A DNA stretch of 64,000 nt from an uncultured Nitrososphaeraceae archaeon (GCA_963825865.1 CAWGVG010000018.1:1-64000), one strand, 5' to 3'; shown: positions 45,078 to 57,305, counted from the first letter of the stretch. The notes: generated from the sequence alone by a model not told the origin. Program-made: numbers and translations.

Positions 45078-46304
45078 GTCCTCGTTCGTTAACTCTGTTG
45101 TACCATGCTCACATTATCGGATTTTAATGCCATCTCATTCTCTGTAACTGAAGGAGGAACATCAACTATTTCGACTGAGGTTCTTATCTTTCTATTATTT
45201 CCATCGTCCTTTTGCATGTAGCAATAAGTATTCAATAACTATCTATTAATCATTATTAATAATAGATAGTGATAATGTTGTCTCATGAAAAGCATTATTA
45301 ACTAACCTTTTATAAAGACGTCTTAGAAAGTTCAAACAAGGCACTAGAAGCAATAATATTAGAATCATATAAGAAAGACGATATAGAATTGGATAGAAAG
45401 ATTTTTTAGCAACTGAAGCTTTTTTTCTTGTGACCAACAACTGTTGGTTATTTAAAGAAAACGCCCTGACTATATCTGAATATAGCAAAGCAGTGAAAAG
45501 AGAGGTCAATCCTAGATTAATCTACATAAATACACACCTCAATTTCTGTCAGAATTCTAAATCTGCTGGCATGGAAAAACGATTTGAGGATATAGCAAGA
45601 GACGACATTTTTTAATAGTGTCCAAGTACAGAGTATGATTGATATTCTGATGACCTTTTTGATAGAAAGTTGATAGAAAGCTGTGTATGATCATCATTAT
45701 CAAACATACAAACACACCTACGTTCACTATGGAATAGTATTAACTTCTTTTCTTTCCGACTATATTTTTTTAAGACGCAGTATACATCATCGAATTGATA
45801 GATGCAATTGCCACAGCCAGATCTACCTGCACCGGAGCTACCTGATGGACCAGGACCAGGGATGCTATCGAATGTTGCCATGCGTCGTGCTCATGTAGAT
45901 AATATTGATAATGATTGATTAAGTAACTTCAGATGCATCATTGCACCTGTAGATGGCATCTGTAATCGCCACTATAAACAGGAATACTATAATAACGCAT
46001 GATGCTAGGAGTATAGATATGGGATCTGGGAAAGATTCAGGGACAGCCATTATAATTATTGAGAGGGGAACAAAAAACAAAGAAAAATTCTATATTCCAA
46101 AATCACATTGAGGTATACGATGCAGAGGTATTGTACTTTAGTATAATAGAACAAGAAGCAAAGGATATTTACATGAATGAATTACCAGGTCAAGCACATA
46201 GAAATACAAGTAACAATTTTAAAGTAACTTTTCTCTCTTTTCCAAATGTCTTACATGAATGTAGGTAATAAGTTCTTTTGTATCCTACCCTTATGATATA
46301 ATAG

Positions 46305-47585
46305 TTGAATCGGCTCTCAAACTCCACCTACCCCTCTATCTCAAAACAGGCGCAAGAGTTGAAGGATAGAGTTCAAGAGACTCTGAGCGGTATGATGAAA
46401 CATTCCGAGTTGGAGTAGAGATTGAAGGATGTTTACTTGATAATAAAGGAGTACCCTATTAATGCTGCTCCATTGATTGAAGAACTAAAGGGAACAACAC
46501 ATGAACTTGATTTCGAATATGGTATATGCCAATTTGAATACAAAACTCCTCCTACCCCAATGGATACCCTTCTTGATCTTAATAGTTTATTTGAGGAATT
46601 TATAGAACATTTGGATAGAGCAGTCCAAAAGGTATACAAGGACAAGGAAATGGTATTTCCTGTGTTCCTGGGAGCTAATCCATCTCCAGAGATACTAAAG
46701 GATGATAATATTTACAGACTGATCACCAATAAGCCTAGATATAAGAAGCTTGCACATTGGCAAAGTGAAATCCCTGACGTTGAAATTGAAGGCCAGAAAT
46801 TCAAGGCATTACAAGTTCCATCTGCTATTCAGGGTTTTCATCTTCATCTTCAAGGACAGAATCCTTTCCATACAGCACAAATGTTCAATCATGTATTAAA
46901 TTTGATACCCTCAGCTATCATACTAGGAGCTAATAGTCGACTTCTTGCAGGTAGAGTATTTTCTTTACATGAACCTAGAATTCATCTATATGATCAGTCG
47001 GAACAGCAAAATTCTGGCTTTCCTACTATTACTCGATATTTGGATGGCGTTGAAGACTACATAGATTATATTATTTCTAGGGATAAAATTATTGCAAAAG
47101 ATTACTTTGAATTAGAAAAGGAGAGGCATGACGATCTACGAATTCGTTTGAACTCGAATTTTTATCGTGTTGAGACAAGAATAATGTCTGTACAACCTAC
47201 TCCTAAAGCTTTAATGGCATTGACAGAGTTCTTCATAGGTTATCTTTATAGAGCTATTCACGAGGACATACAATTACGACCACTTCCTCACTTAAGAGAA
47301 GAAAGATTATCTGTAGTCAGATCAGGATTTAATGCCAAGACGCATTTTAATATAATAGAGACAATAACAAATCAACTGGATTTTGCCCGCAAAGGGTTAT
47401 CGGATTTAGGCATAAAACCTGAATTTCTAAGTGTGTTAGACAATAGGTTAGAAAGCAAAAACACCCCTGGCGAATACGTAGCTAAATTATGGCAAGAGAA
47501 ATTCAATGGTTCTACAGAACAAACACTCTTTGAAGTCATATCTGATATCTGGGATAAGACAAAAAATAATCGACCTATAACTTAA
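46305..47585 (+). pseudogene. Glutamate-cysteine ligase family 2 (GCS2) protein with two 5' frameshifts
   Basis: FRVGVEIEGCLLD motif lies in another frame at ~46400-46450; the main ORF has EYGICQFE, GFHLHLQ, ANS, RVETR. Confidence 0.8.
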
Positions 47586-47806
47586 CAGCATGATTTTCTC
47601 AGTGTTCCTTATAGATTAGTTGTTCTCATAATGGTACAGAATAAATCTACAGCTTTTCATAGTAATAATATAAGGCAATTATAAAAATATTCATCAAACA
47701 TCTAAAAAAACGTTGACATCTTGGATACGATGTGGCTATTGATAATCTCTACTATAATCCAACCATACGCTATATAGAGCATGCAAATAGGCCAGCCATA
47801 AATTTG

Positions 47807-48364
47807 CTAAATAGAACCCATCATTTTGCGGAAAATTGTAGATTGTTCTTTAGCATCTTCTAACGCATTATGTGTATGAGCAATATTCTCTAAACCAAGT
47901 TTTTTCTTGATGTCGTCTATTGTAGTTAAATGCCATTTGCTGTTGGTTTTTCCAATCCATACAGACTTTAAATCAATTCCAGAGACACCAAAGGGATTAT
48001 AACCTAAGAATTTAAGAAAATAATAGTTGACAAAGCACCAATCAAAAGCTATTGGAGATGCTACAAATATTGGCTTTTTGTCACCTGATACTTTTGCAAT
48101 CCAATCAGCGAATTTCTTCATAGCTTCCTTCGGTTCCGTGCCTTTTACATCGAGCTCTTGCATTGAAAGTCCTGCAATTTCTAAAGCTTCTTTTACATAA
48201 TTATCTGAGAGAGGTTGTAACTCAATATAGAATGTATAATAATCATTGTTTTTGTCACAATGCCCTAAACTTAACATGCTATACCCTACAGGAATAGGTC
48301 CTGAACATTCAATATCTACAGAGATATAAGTTACTGATTTAGAAGACAAATAATCATTATTCAA
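47807..48364 (-). CDS. DEDDh 3'-5' exonuclease
   Basis: SVDIECSGP, AFDWCF, HTHNALEDA. Confidence 0.88.
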   Translation of the reverse strand: MNNDYLSSKSVTYISVDIECSGPIPVGYSMLSLGHCDKNNDYYTFYIELQPLSDNYVKEALEIAGLSMQELDVKGTEPKEAMKKFADWIAKVSGDKKPIFVASPIAFDWCFVNYYFLKFLGYNPFGVSGIDLKSVWIGKTNSKWHLTTIDDIKKKLGLENIAHTHNALEDAKEQSTIFRKMMGSI

Positions 48365-48935
48365 CTATCTGGTAAAGGAATTCGTTACCATCATCATTAA
48401 CTCTTTTGTTATATTTCGTTACAGCTTTCCCACCTTATTACCATATTTTCATATTCAGGAAAGTCTTTCGTCGCCACGCCCCCATTGTTTGTACATACTA
48501 TAAATTTTTTGATGACTGTATAATGGACATTTTTCATACTGATAAATTCTTCTAGTATCTTGGAGGATAAGTTATCCTATACTGCAGCTGATATATCCGG
48601 CCTATTACAATAAAGAGCAGCTGAAAGATTGGAGAAAGGTATTGGAGAAAATGCCTGAATCAAAATACAAACCCAAAACCAAACAGATTACATATGATGA
48701 CTAAATTATATTACACTAGTCTAGTTTCGCATTTTGTGCATGATATGGTGGTTCTTGTATTAAAAGTACAGATAGGAGTTTACAACGGCCCTTATTGCCC
48801 ATTTGTACTAGATAACTAAGATACGATAAGGTTTTTTTGCTTTCCTTGGAGACTTTAAAAATCCTCAAAACATTTTGTTATTTTACCAATAATCCTTATT
48901 AGAATCGCTCTGTTATCGTTAATTGTTATCTGTAT

Positions 48936-49116
48936 ATGGATTATAACAAGTTATGCAAAGGCCACTAAGGTTGGTAAAGGTAAATATTCAATGACGGAAT
49001 ATGAAAAACTCAAACGAATAACAGTCCCATTAGATCATTTACTTTTGTTAACGACAAAGATATATGCTGATCATAGCAAGGTTATAGATAGCGTTCTTAA
49101 GTTGCTTAAAACCTAG
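48936..49116 (+). pseudogene. DUF6659-like protein with large internal deletion
   Basis: MDYNKLCK is joined out of frame to KVGKGKYSMTEYEKLKRITVPLDHLLLLTT..DH..VIDSVL. Confidence 0.6.
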
Positions 49117-49184
49117 GGTATGCTAGTTAATGCATATGAGAAAAAAGCTATGGCAGGATAGTAATAATAATAAAAATAATATCA

Positions 49185-49574
49185 CTAATGTTTATGCTCT
49201 CTTGGCTCATGTGATGCTCCTGTTCCTGTTGGTGTGCCTATATAATCACCAGTTACTTCTAAAACGTCTTCAGATTGAGACATTTCCGCAAGTGTTTCCA
49301 AACTTAGTCTTTGGTTAGTTACGTAATGAGTTCCATGGTCGTATATAGCAGGTAGCATTCCTGTCTTTTCAAATATGTGATTCTTCATTGCTTCAGAGTC
49401 AGTTCCTTCCTTCGTAAATATTTCAACCATATAAAATGGAGCACGTTCGGATTTTTCCTTTTCTCGTATTAGTAGATCATCAATCAGCGTAGAGTCTACT
49501 TTAGGAAGATGTGTATCATATAAGGTCTGCAGTCCTCTAAACACATTTCTTATCTCCTTTAATTCATCAGGCAT
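49185..49574 (-). CDS. Hypothetical protein
   Basis: Clean ORF with a TATA-like tttata upstream; no recognised domain. Confidence 0.7.
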   Translation of the reverse strand: MPDELKEIRNVFRGLQTLYDTHLPKVDSTLIDDLLIREKEKSERAPFYMVEIFTKEGTDSEAMKNHIFEKTGMLPAIYDHGTHYVTNQRLSLETLAEMSQSEDVLEVTGDYIGTPTGTGASHEPREHKH

Positions 49575-49849
49575 GATATATAATAAACATAATGGCAGTC
49601 GGTGGTATAAATAATACTCACTTAAAGAGAGTAAAAAACCACAGTCTGGTTTGGATAATGACTAACATAGCTTCTTATGCAATGTCCTTAACTCAAGATT
49701 TGCCTAATTTGTTAGTGTATGTTATAATGAACTCAACTCTATCGTCCAAAGACTTTCACGGATTATAATAGTTAATTGGACTCACCAGAATTAATACTGC
49801 ATCAATTTTTCATGTGTTTTAGAACTATGGAATTTAATAAAAAGTTAAG

Positions 49850-50830
49850 TTAAGGACGTGTTTGAAGCTTGAGCTGAACCTCGAAGAGTCTGCCATATCT
49901 ATTAACTATCATTCCTATATCATCCTTGACAGTTTTCCTACGGACATTAAATGATATCTGGGAAGGATCATGTATTCTTTTACCATCAATTGCTTCAATG
50001 ATGTCTCCCTTTCTTAAACCAGCATTATCCGCCGGACTGTATGGTTCCACTTGTGCAATAAGCGCACCTTCAGTTGTTGGCAACCTATAATACTGTGCTA
50101 GTTGCCTTGTTATCTTTATAGCTACGATTCCAACCCAAGGCCCATTAGTAACTTGTCCATTTTCTATTAGATCGCTCGTTATTGCTTTAGCCACTTTTAT
50201 GGGAACTGCAAATCCGATACCTTGTGCATATGGCATCTTTGCAGTGTTAATTCCAATGACTTCTCCTTTTGTATTTATTAAAGGGCCTCCAGAATTGCCA
50301 GGATTGATTGCAGCATCAGTTTGAATTAATTCAAGTATGCCATTTTCAAATTGTAGGTTTCTATTTAATGCACTTACAATACCTGCTGTTACTGTTGGAC
50401 CTCCAGCCAATCCAAATGGATTTCCTATTGCGATAACTATTTGTCCTATTTTTAATTCATCTGAATTCCCTAATTGTGCAAATGAGAGAGCTTCCTTTGA
50501 ATCTAATTTCACCACAGCTAAATCTGTAACCTTATCAGTCCCTACAACTATTCCATTGAATACATTTCCGTCTGTTAATGTAACTTTCAGTTTGTGTGCT
50601 TCGTCTACTACATGATTGTTGGTAAGTATGTATCCTTTACCATCTATCACAATACCAGAGCCAACACCTTCAATTGGAAATACTCTGAATAGCTGATCTT
50701 GTACCATCCTAACGCTGGCAATATTTACTACACTTTTGCTTACTTTTCCAACCGCATTTACGATTAAATCTTCATTGCCAGGAATAATCATAGTCTTCTT
50801 GTCTTTTTCACCTACATAACTATAATACAA
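49850..50830 (-). CDS. HtrA/DegP-like trypsin serine protease with PDZ domain
   Basis: GSG, LTNNHVV, DLAV, QTDAAINPGNSGGPL, PDZ (SPA..AGL.KGDII). Confidence 0.93.
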   Translation of the reverse strand: MYYSYVGEKDKKTMIIPGNEDLIVNAVGKVSKSVVNIASVRMVQDQLFRVFPIEGVGSGIVIDGKGYILTNNHVVDEAHKLKVTLTDGNVFNGIVVGTDKVTDLAVVKLDSKEALSFAQLGNSDELKIGQIVIAIGNPFGLAGGPTVTAGIVSALNRNLQFENGILELIQTDAAINPGNSGGPLINTKGEVIGINTAKMPYAQGIGFAVPIKVAKAITSDLIENGQVTNGPWVGIVAIKITRQLAQYYRLPTTEGALIAQVEPYSPADNAGLRKGDIIEAIDGKRIHDPSQISFNVRRKTVKDDIGMIVNRYGRLFEVQLKLQTRP

Positions 50831-51018
50831 TAATTATGTATAAGTATGAAAGTTAATTGTTAGATACTTAGTTACCATATGGTAAGCAAGTTTAGAGTAC
50901 ATGCTTGTATAGGAACAATCAACATACCAACTGATCGAGATAGCATTAAACACTAAAAATACAATAACTAATCAGACAATGAGATTCTATGAATACATGC
51001 TATAGCTGGTTTGTAAGA

Positions 51019-51234
51019 TCAGTTGAAGATTATGAGTGTGCGAAAATCATTTTGTCGAAGATCATTGGCTGGAGATATATTTGAAAATCAGAAGAATTTA
51101 CACCCTTGCGTATCATGCATTTGTTCATATCTGCTTCCTCTCAAAAGGTTGTAGATAAATGCCTGCAAGTGATAATGATATTGTATTTCATAAGGACTAT
51201 TTTCTGTAGCTTTCAATTTCATTAGTAATCTCAT
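51019..51234 (-). pseudogene. cas6: CRISPR-associated endoribonuclease Cas6, 5' fragment with in-frame stop
   Basis: MRLLMKLKATENSPYEIQYHYHLQAFIYNLLRGSRYEQMHDTQGCKFF*FSNISP matches the Cas6 'Y...LQ..IY..L......HD..G.K.F.FS' N-terminus. Confidence 0.75.
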
Positions 51235-51415
51235 TGTAGTTCAGCTAATAGGTAACCTGTAATCCTATAATAGTTTGATTCAAAAGATCATTGCACGACT
51301 TGAAGATGACCCGATACACTTTATCACTCCCTCAGATTGAGGTATAAAATGCTGCAATAAATTATTAAATTCGTGTGTGATATACACCATGTTAGGCAAG
51401 ATCTAATTAGTCAAA

Positions 51416-51880
51416 ATGAAAAACACAAAGCCAGCTATAGATGAGCGAAGACAGCGAATTTGGGGCATGTTGGTTAAAGGTATGAAATCATATGAGATAG
51501 CCAAAGAACTAACGGTTGATCCTTCAAGCATTAGCAGAGACGTTCAATATCTAACTTCACAGTCTCAAAAGTTCCTAGATGATCTGGCTAAAGAAAGCCT
51601 ACCTTTTATGTTCAAAACTTCAATTGATGGTATAAGACAGGTTCTAAAAGAGTGTTGGAATATTTACGAATCAACCGATGAGCAGGTAAACTATTTTCAA
51701 AGGCTGGCAGCTCTCAAGTTGGCAAAAGATTGCTGTGAAGCCCAGTTCAAGCTATTGTCAGAAGGACCATCAATTATGTATGCGCAAAATTTGGAAGAGA
51801 AATTAACCAGGATTGAAGAGTCACAACAACCACAGTTAAGCCAAATATCTCTGTATACAAGAATGCCGATTTTACCCTGA
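51416..51880 (+). CDS. HTH DNA-binding protein typical of thaumarchaeal integrated elements
   Basis: RRQRIWGMLVKGMKSYEIAKELTVDPSSISRDVQYL. Confidence 0.7.
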   Translation: MKNTKPAIDERRQRIWGMLVKGMKSYEIAKELTVDPSSISRDVQYLTSQSQKFLDDLAKESLPFMFKTSIDGIRQVLKECWNIYESTDEQVNYFQRLAALKLAKDCCEAQFKLLSEGPSIMYAQNLEEKLTRIEESQQPQLSQISLYTRMPILP

Positions 51881-52191
51881 GTATGGAAGGATAGAGGATT
51901 CTGAAGTTATCCAAAAGCATAGAGAATATGAAGAAGGTTATAGGAAGAGCAACGCTATAGTAAAGCCTCCATCTCAAATATAAGAAGATGAATGACCTCC
52001 AACAGCAGTTACATTTCTGGGCATTATGTTACTGATATATGGTAAAGATCTCCAAAACTTGAAAAGGATTAGCCTAGGAGAGCAAACAGAAAGTTTTAGC
52101 TAATCAATTAATGCCTTGGGATTAATCTAACTAGCAACTTGGTGCATCTTACACGCATTCTAAGAAGAAGAATTTGTTGAAGAAGGAAAGC

Positions 52192-52480
52192 CTAGCGAGT
52201 ATATTTCCTTTCAAACTTACGCCTTAAAGCTATTAGAAGAAGGCCAAAAGTGAGAGCCCTACTTACTATTTTGATAACATAATCTATTACTCCTACTTTG
52301 ATATCGCCTGGTAATGAAAGTAGAGGAAGAAAATCCGCAAGACTTCTTTGAAAAGCCATAAGCCAATGAGTAACGTTTCCAGCTTGGTTTAGATAAACTA
52401 AATGGGACGTTGACAAGGAGTGGGTTGTATTCTGCATACTTTGCCACGATGATAAACTAATTGCGACCACACGCGTATCT
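52192..52480 (-). pseudogene. C-terminal membrane fragment (pentapeptide-repeat/ion-channel-like tail)
   Basis: SLADFLPLL..IDYVIKIV..TFGLLLIALRRKFER. Confidence 0.45.
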
Positions 52481-52486
52481 AAAAGC

Positions 52487-52690
52487 TTGGACCCTAGCAC
52501 TACAAGTGCAATGGTATATGGTGACGCTAACAAAGCGGAAACTTCTTATTTCAAGATCAAGCTATTTTTTGGATTCACCTTTGAAGGGGCGGCACGAATA
52601 GTTGATAGAGAGAAAGAAACAAAATCAGCTGCTGAAGTCTCAAAACTAATGAACACAAATTACGGATGGAGCAGGAATCATATAATTTCT
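52487..52690 (+). pseudogene. Fragment of nitroreductase/PPOX-like protein
   Basis: TFEGAARIVDREKE..AAEVSKLMNTNYGW. Confidence 0.4.
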
Positions 52691-52780
52691 GATACCATCT
52701 GTATAGCGAGCTAATTGCTTATTTCTTTGCTTAACCTCGCATAGTCGGGATTTGATTTCTCCGGGAGCTTGCAATCGAAC

Positions 52781-53395
52781 TCACTCTTGATACAGATGGC
52801 GGTATATGTAAGTATCAAACGTATACGTTATGTTATAGAAAAGGATAAAAAATTTTCTGTCTATCGTTATTATAGCGAGGCCTTCCATCCATGGATGAAA
52901 GGTACAAAAATAAGTATATGTTCCAGGATTAGTAAATGTATGTGTCCATGATTCCCCAGTCTTAAACAGGCCACTATCAAATATTCCATTTGATGTTCCC
53001 CTTTTATTATTCATCAAGCTTTCTATTCCAGCGCCACTTGTAACAGTATGAGCTTCTGTGTCTTGGTTTATCCATTTAATGGTTTCATCTGTATGTACTG
53101 TTATCTGTCTTGGAAAATACCATTGTCTTGGACCTAGCTTGGTAATATCGACCTCTGGATTTGCTGAGCCTTTTGGTATTGTGACATTAAATGATTTTCC
53201 TCCAGAAGAATCGGCATATGCAAGGTGATAATAATAATAGGAAGAAGAATAATTATTACCATCATCGTTGTCACCGATTTTCTTATAAAAGAAGAAGGAC
53301 AATGATGAATCGATCGAGCTAGTAAAAATAGCAACGGTTAGTGAGAAGAAGAATAATAATAATAGAGATGAAAAAAGAAAAAATTTATGGTTCAT
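52781..53395 (-). CDS. Membrane-anchored blue copper (cupredoxin) protein, probably 3'-truncated
   Basis: WINQDTEAHTVTSG..FDSGL..YFCTFHPWMEG; the sequence after the Cu site looks non-native. Confidence 0.75.
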   Translation of the reverse strand: MNHKFFLFSSLLLLFFFSLTVAIFTSSIDSSLSFFFYKKIGDNDDGNNYSSSYYYYHLAYADSSGGKSFNVTIPKGSANPEVDITKLGPRQWYFPRQITVHTDETIKWINQDTEAHTVTSGAGIESLMNNKRGTSNGIFDSGLFKTGESWTHTFTNPGTYTYFCTFHPWMEGLAIITIDRKFFILFYNITYTFDTYIYRHLYQE

Positions 53396-53600
53396 ATAAT
53401 TATTGTTATGATTTATGAGGTAATTGTTATTATAGAATCCACTGAGCCATCAGTATATTCAAATATGATATGGGCATATGATGAGAATGCCTCTGCATTT
53501 ACGGTAACATTAGAAGTTTGCTTCATCCCAGCATCATATATGTCTAGTTGTAAACAAGTTATATTAACCAATATGAAAAAGTATGTACGTCTATAACAAA

Positions 53601-55032
53601 CTATTTGGCTTCTGCAAAGTTTTCCTTGATATATGTCTTTAGTCTTTGTGCATCGGTATTGTTTACAAGTATATCTTCATTGAATACATTCTTCTTTTTT
53701 CCCTTGGATGCTCTTACCTTAATGACGTATTCATTTTCTGCCTTGCGAACTATCTCTATTCTCAAGTCTGGTCCTTTAACCAGCATACCTTTTATACCTT
53801 GGGCTTCAAGAATAATGTTATCATCTGTAGTGTTTGGGCGTTTACGAGGTTTATCAAATTCTAAGTTAAATCTGTTGATTCTATCTTCTATCATTAATTT
53901 AAGCTTGCCAGCTTCTTTTTCAATCCTCATAATATATTTCTCCAGACTCTCTATTTCTAGAAACGGAGCAGAAGAAGAGGCACTTTGATCTGAAGAGGAT
54001 ACAGATGAAGAAGATTCTTGTAAACTTTGTTGTTGTTTGTTTTGTAAATCGCTACTATCCCACACCATTCCTTCTCTAGCTACAGTTATTCTGAATTTGC
54101 CCTCACTTCCCATAATGCCAAGATGTGAATCTATTACCTTTTGAAGTTCATCTGTTGTCATAGCTTTAACAGGACCCCTAAACCACTGGTTTGTAGCTTC
54201 TTCAAAGTCTAAAAGACCTCGATAATGAACTATATAACATTCTTTGGCATTCCATCTTCTCACTAGTTCGAATGCTTCGCTTACAGAGATCATTCCAGTT
54301 TGAGGATGAGGATTGTAGTCTTTGTGTACCTAAAATAACAAGATCTGGATTCCACAACAAATTTTCATTTACATTGGGTAATGAAAGAAAATCCCATCCA
54401 ATTATTACTTTATGATTAGCTAGTTTCACTATGTATATGACAGACCCTGATGGAGAATTGTCACCATGGTCAGCCAAAACTGGTGTTATTGAAAAAGGAC
54501 CTATTTCAAAGGTTTTGTCTGGCTGTATTGTGTTAAACGATATTCTATTATTATTATTATTATTGCCTTCTGAAAGCTGAGAAAATCTTTTGGTAAGCTG
54601 TTCAGAGCACTCTGCAGTACAGAATATCTTTAACTTCGACGATTCGTTATCGACCTTGTTTATCAATAAAGGTAGTTCTTTAATGTGATCATCATGTGAG
54701 TGAGTTATCAATACTGCATCAGGAATAGCTGGCGATAATGATAATGTCGATGAACTAAATCCAAGTTCAGAGATGCCTTTTTCAATACTTTTAACTATTC
54801 CTTGACCCACATCAACAAGAACATGAAAAATCTTATCTGTTTTATCTGCAGCAAACAAAGAGCAAGAAGTGTTTGTACTTATACCTTTTTGTTTTATCTC
54901 TGCTGCTCTTTCTGATTCTTCCTCACTACCTATTGTTGAAATATCTGGAAGAGTGCCATTTATCCTTACTAGTAATTGATCGCCTGCAAGTATCTTAGAA
55001 GGAGAAGGGATTTGTGAGTTTAACATATCCAT
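53601..55032 (-). pseudogene. Metallo-beta-lactamase-fold hydrolase with 1-nt frameshift near 54319
   Basis: THSHDDH motif; LGTQ/YNPHPQTGMISV is continuous after removing one base; IVHY in the 3' ORF. Confidence 0.8.
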
Positions 55033-55162
55033 TTATTTTAGTAAGACATATGAGATAAACCTAACTATTAAATACATCTAATTATTTTAGGTTTATTGTA
55101 TATTTTTATAAATCTTATAACCAAAATACTGCTTTTTTTGCTAAGACATTTGATTTATCTAT

Positions 55163-55680
55163 CTATATGATTAAATATATCATATTAGTATGGTAATAGA
55201 TGCATTGGAGCAAACCTAAATCTTTTACAGTGGGTTTAATTTGCACTACCGCATTGATAGGATCTGCCTTATCAATATCATCATCATTATCATTATTAAT
55301 GTTATTTTCAGTAAAACCAGTCTTTGGTAATTTTACTGATAAAAAGAGTTCCTTCCTATAATAAAATTTCAAAATAAAGTATGTTACAATCAGATTAATC
55401 ATAGTTGGAATGCCTAGCATTCTTAGAAATGCTGTAAATGGTAGCGAAATTCCACCTTGAATTGCGATCAATAGATTCTGAGGATTTCCTATTGGAGTCA
55501 TAGTACTTCCCACAGTGATTCCAAAAGATAAAGCAATAAGCAAAACTGCAGGCTTGATGCCAGTCCTTTGTGAGATATAAATTACAAGCGGAATTGCAAG
55601 CAACGCTATAGTATCATTTACTAAAAAGGCAGAAAGTATTCCCATTCCAATAACAAATACCATAAGAAGTGACTCACTTA
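55163..55680 (-). pseudogene. ArsB/NhaD/SLC13-type anion permease internal fragment
   Basis: SAFLVNDT..GSTMTPIGNPQNLLIA. Confidence 0.75.
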
Positions 55681-55955
55681 TGTGCAAGATCAATCTTGTC
55701 TGAAAATGTCGAGACTGTTAGTTCTTGTCTGATTTTGGTCCGAAATTGTTCTATTCGTGGATCATGATAGTCATTTTTTATATCTTTGAGATAAGCAAGA
55801 CATGGAATTTTGTCTCGACGGATGATCTGATATTCTTCATGTGTAAAGGAACGCTGTCCATCTGGAGGTACACTTCCATAGGAATCAGCCACTAATAGTA
55901 TCGTAAGATGCTTGCTTGCTATCGTTTTGTTATCTCTGATATCAACTGATATCAA
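55674..55955 (-). pseudogene. DUF4062-like fragment
   Basis: SYGSVP...SFTHEEY......IPCLAYLK. Confidence 0.55.
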
Positions 55956-55974
55956 CTGTTATCATTAAATTTTA

Positions 55975-56463
55975 ATTTGAACTCAATATGAGAGTGATCT
56001 GTCCTTCCCCACATACAGAAATATAATAAAAATATCATGTTTGAAATTAAGTCGCAATAGCCTCTATATGAACTCAACCAAAAATAACTAGTAGCATGCA
56101 GTGCTTCGCCAACTTCTGTTTTAAGATTGACAAAAAAGCCAGTCCAAATGGGATTAGTCTGTATATCTTGAACGAAAATAAATGTAATGCATTTCTTTAC
56201 CTGATCTAAATCAGTACTCATTGGGCATTATTATCTCAATTTTTTTACTTATTGATATTCTTTCTCACTGCTATGCCATTTCATTCCTGCTTTCAATGAT
56301 CAATCTAACTTTTTTTAACCTAGAGTGTTTTACTGTAAAACTACGTAATGCAATAATCTTCCAATTTTGGCATCCCTGCTACCCCCTTGTTTCCACCTAC
56401 TATCATCTGATACCACCTGTTACTACGACAACTTGATTTGAACTCAATATGCGAGTAATGTGT
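55975..56463. repeat. 28-bp imperfect direct repeat (55975-56002 and 56436-56463)
   Basis: atttgaactcaatatgagagtgatctgt vs atttgaactcaatatgcgagtaatgtgt (25/28). Confidence 0.7.
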
Positions 56464-56485
56464 GCTGATCAGATGGATTGATTTT

Positions 56486-56541
56486 ATTGATTAAATTTTA
56501 TAGTGTGCCTCTGTGGTATAATTTGTTTACAGCATGTGACC
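56486..56541. repeat. Dispersed ~60-bp repeat, copy 2
   Basis: Matches 6208-6266. Confidence 0.8.
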
Positions 56542-56657
56542 AGCAACATAGTCACACGTTGAAAGTGTTTTCACACTAGAGACACATATGATTTTATGAC
56601 AGTGTCACATGCTTATTTCTATCACATTATTCTGACATTGCATTTAGTTAACTGCAA

Positions 56658-57225
56658 TCATTGTTTATTGAAGTGTTTCCTTAAGCTAATGATTATTTTA
56701 TGGTATAAACCGGTTATACTTGGTTCGCTTGTGCCTGCAGCGATTGAAATGGTCTTTCTCGTTACAGGTAGTTCATACGTCTTTGTTACAGTATATACTA
56801 TAGCAGGCGCTAAATTTGCGATTCTATTGGGTATGAAGAGTGGATTGCGAGCCGATTATATGTGCAATTTCCTTCCCTATTCGTAGATGACGTTCAGAAA
56901 GTTTCAGTTTAAAAGATAACTTTTCGATTTTTTTGGCAAGAGTACCATAATCTATAAAATGTTCTTGATCATAGAAGATATGCATACTAGGATATTTGAG
57001 CACATTTCGTTTTGTGGCTCGAAGTAAAGTTCTCTTATCGTTTGTTTTACTTTCCTTGATAAGGCGAATTTTTACAAGATAGTTGATTCTTGTGTTCAAC
57101 ATTTTCTCTGAAAGATCGCTGTTTTCTATCATGGTAGAAATCAGTTCATCTTTATACATAGATTTGTTTCTGATTTCATTACATATTCTTTCATCAATTG
57201 TCTTTATTAGTAATTTTTTATGAAA
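56658..57225 (-). pseudogene. wHTH-like domain fused to TFB/TFIIB cyclin-like repeat, frameshift near 56829
   Basis: KKIEKLSFKLKLSERHLRIGKEIAH / RIANLAPAIVYTVTKTYELPVTRKTISIAAGTSEPSITGLYHKI. Confidence 0.55.
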
Positions 57226-57305
57226 AGGTTATGGTCGCACTGCCTTGTGAGAGCAAATAGTCTATATTGTCTAATATATTGACAAATAGTATTTTTCCAG
57301 TATCT

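Noticed and set aside
45612-45960. Gly/Ser/Cys-rich ORF (PGPGPSGSSGAGRSGCGNC) as a possible RiPP precursor
   Set aside because: No modification enzymes nearby; more likely an out-of-frame gene relic.
51088-51090. In-frame TGA in cas6 (and TAA in uspA) as possible recoding
   Set aside because: Both genes are also truncated and no SECIS-like context is visible. Ordinary nonsense mutation suffices.
51245-51345. Possible cas2 C-terminal remnant upstream of cas6 (DKVYRVIFKSCNDLLNQTIIG)
   Set aside because: Similarity too short and weak to support by eye.
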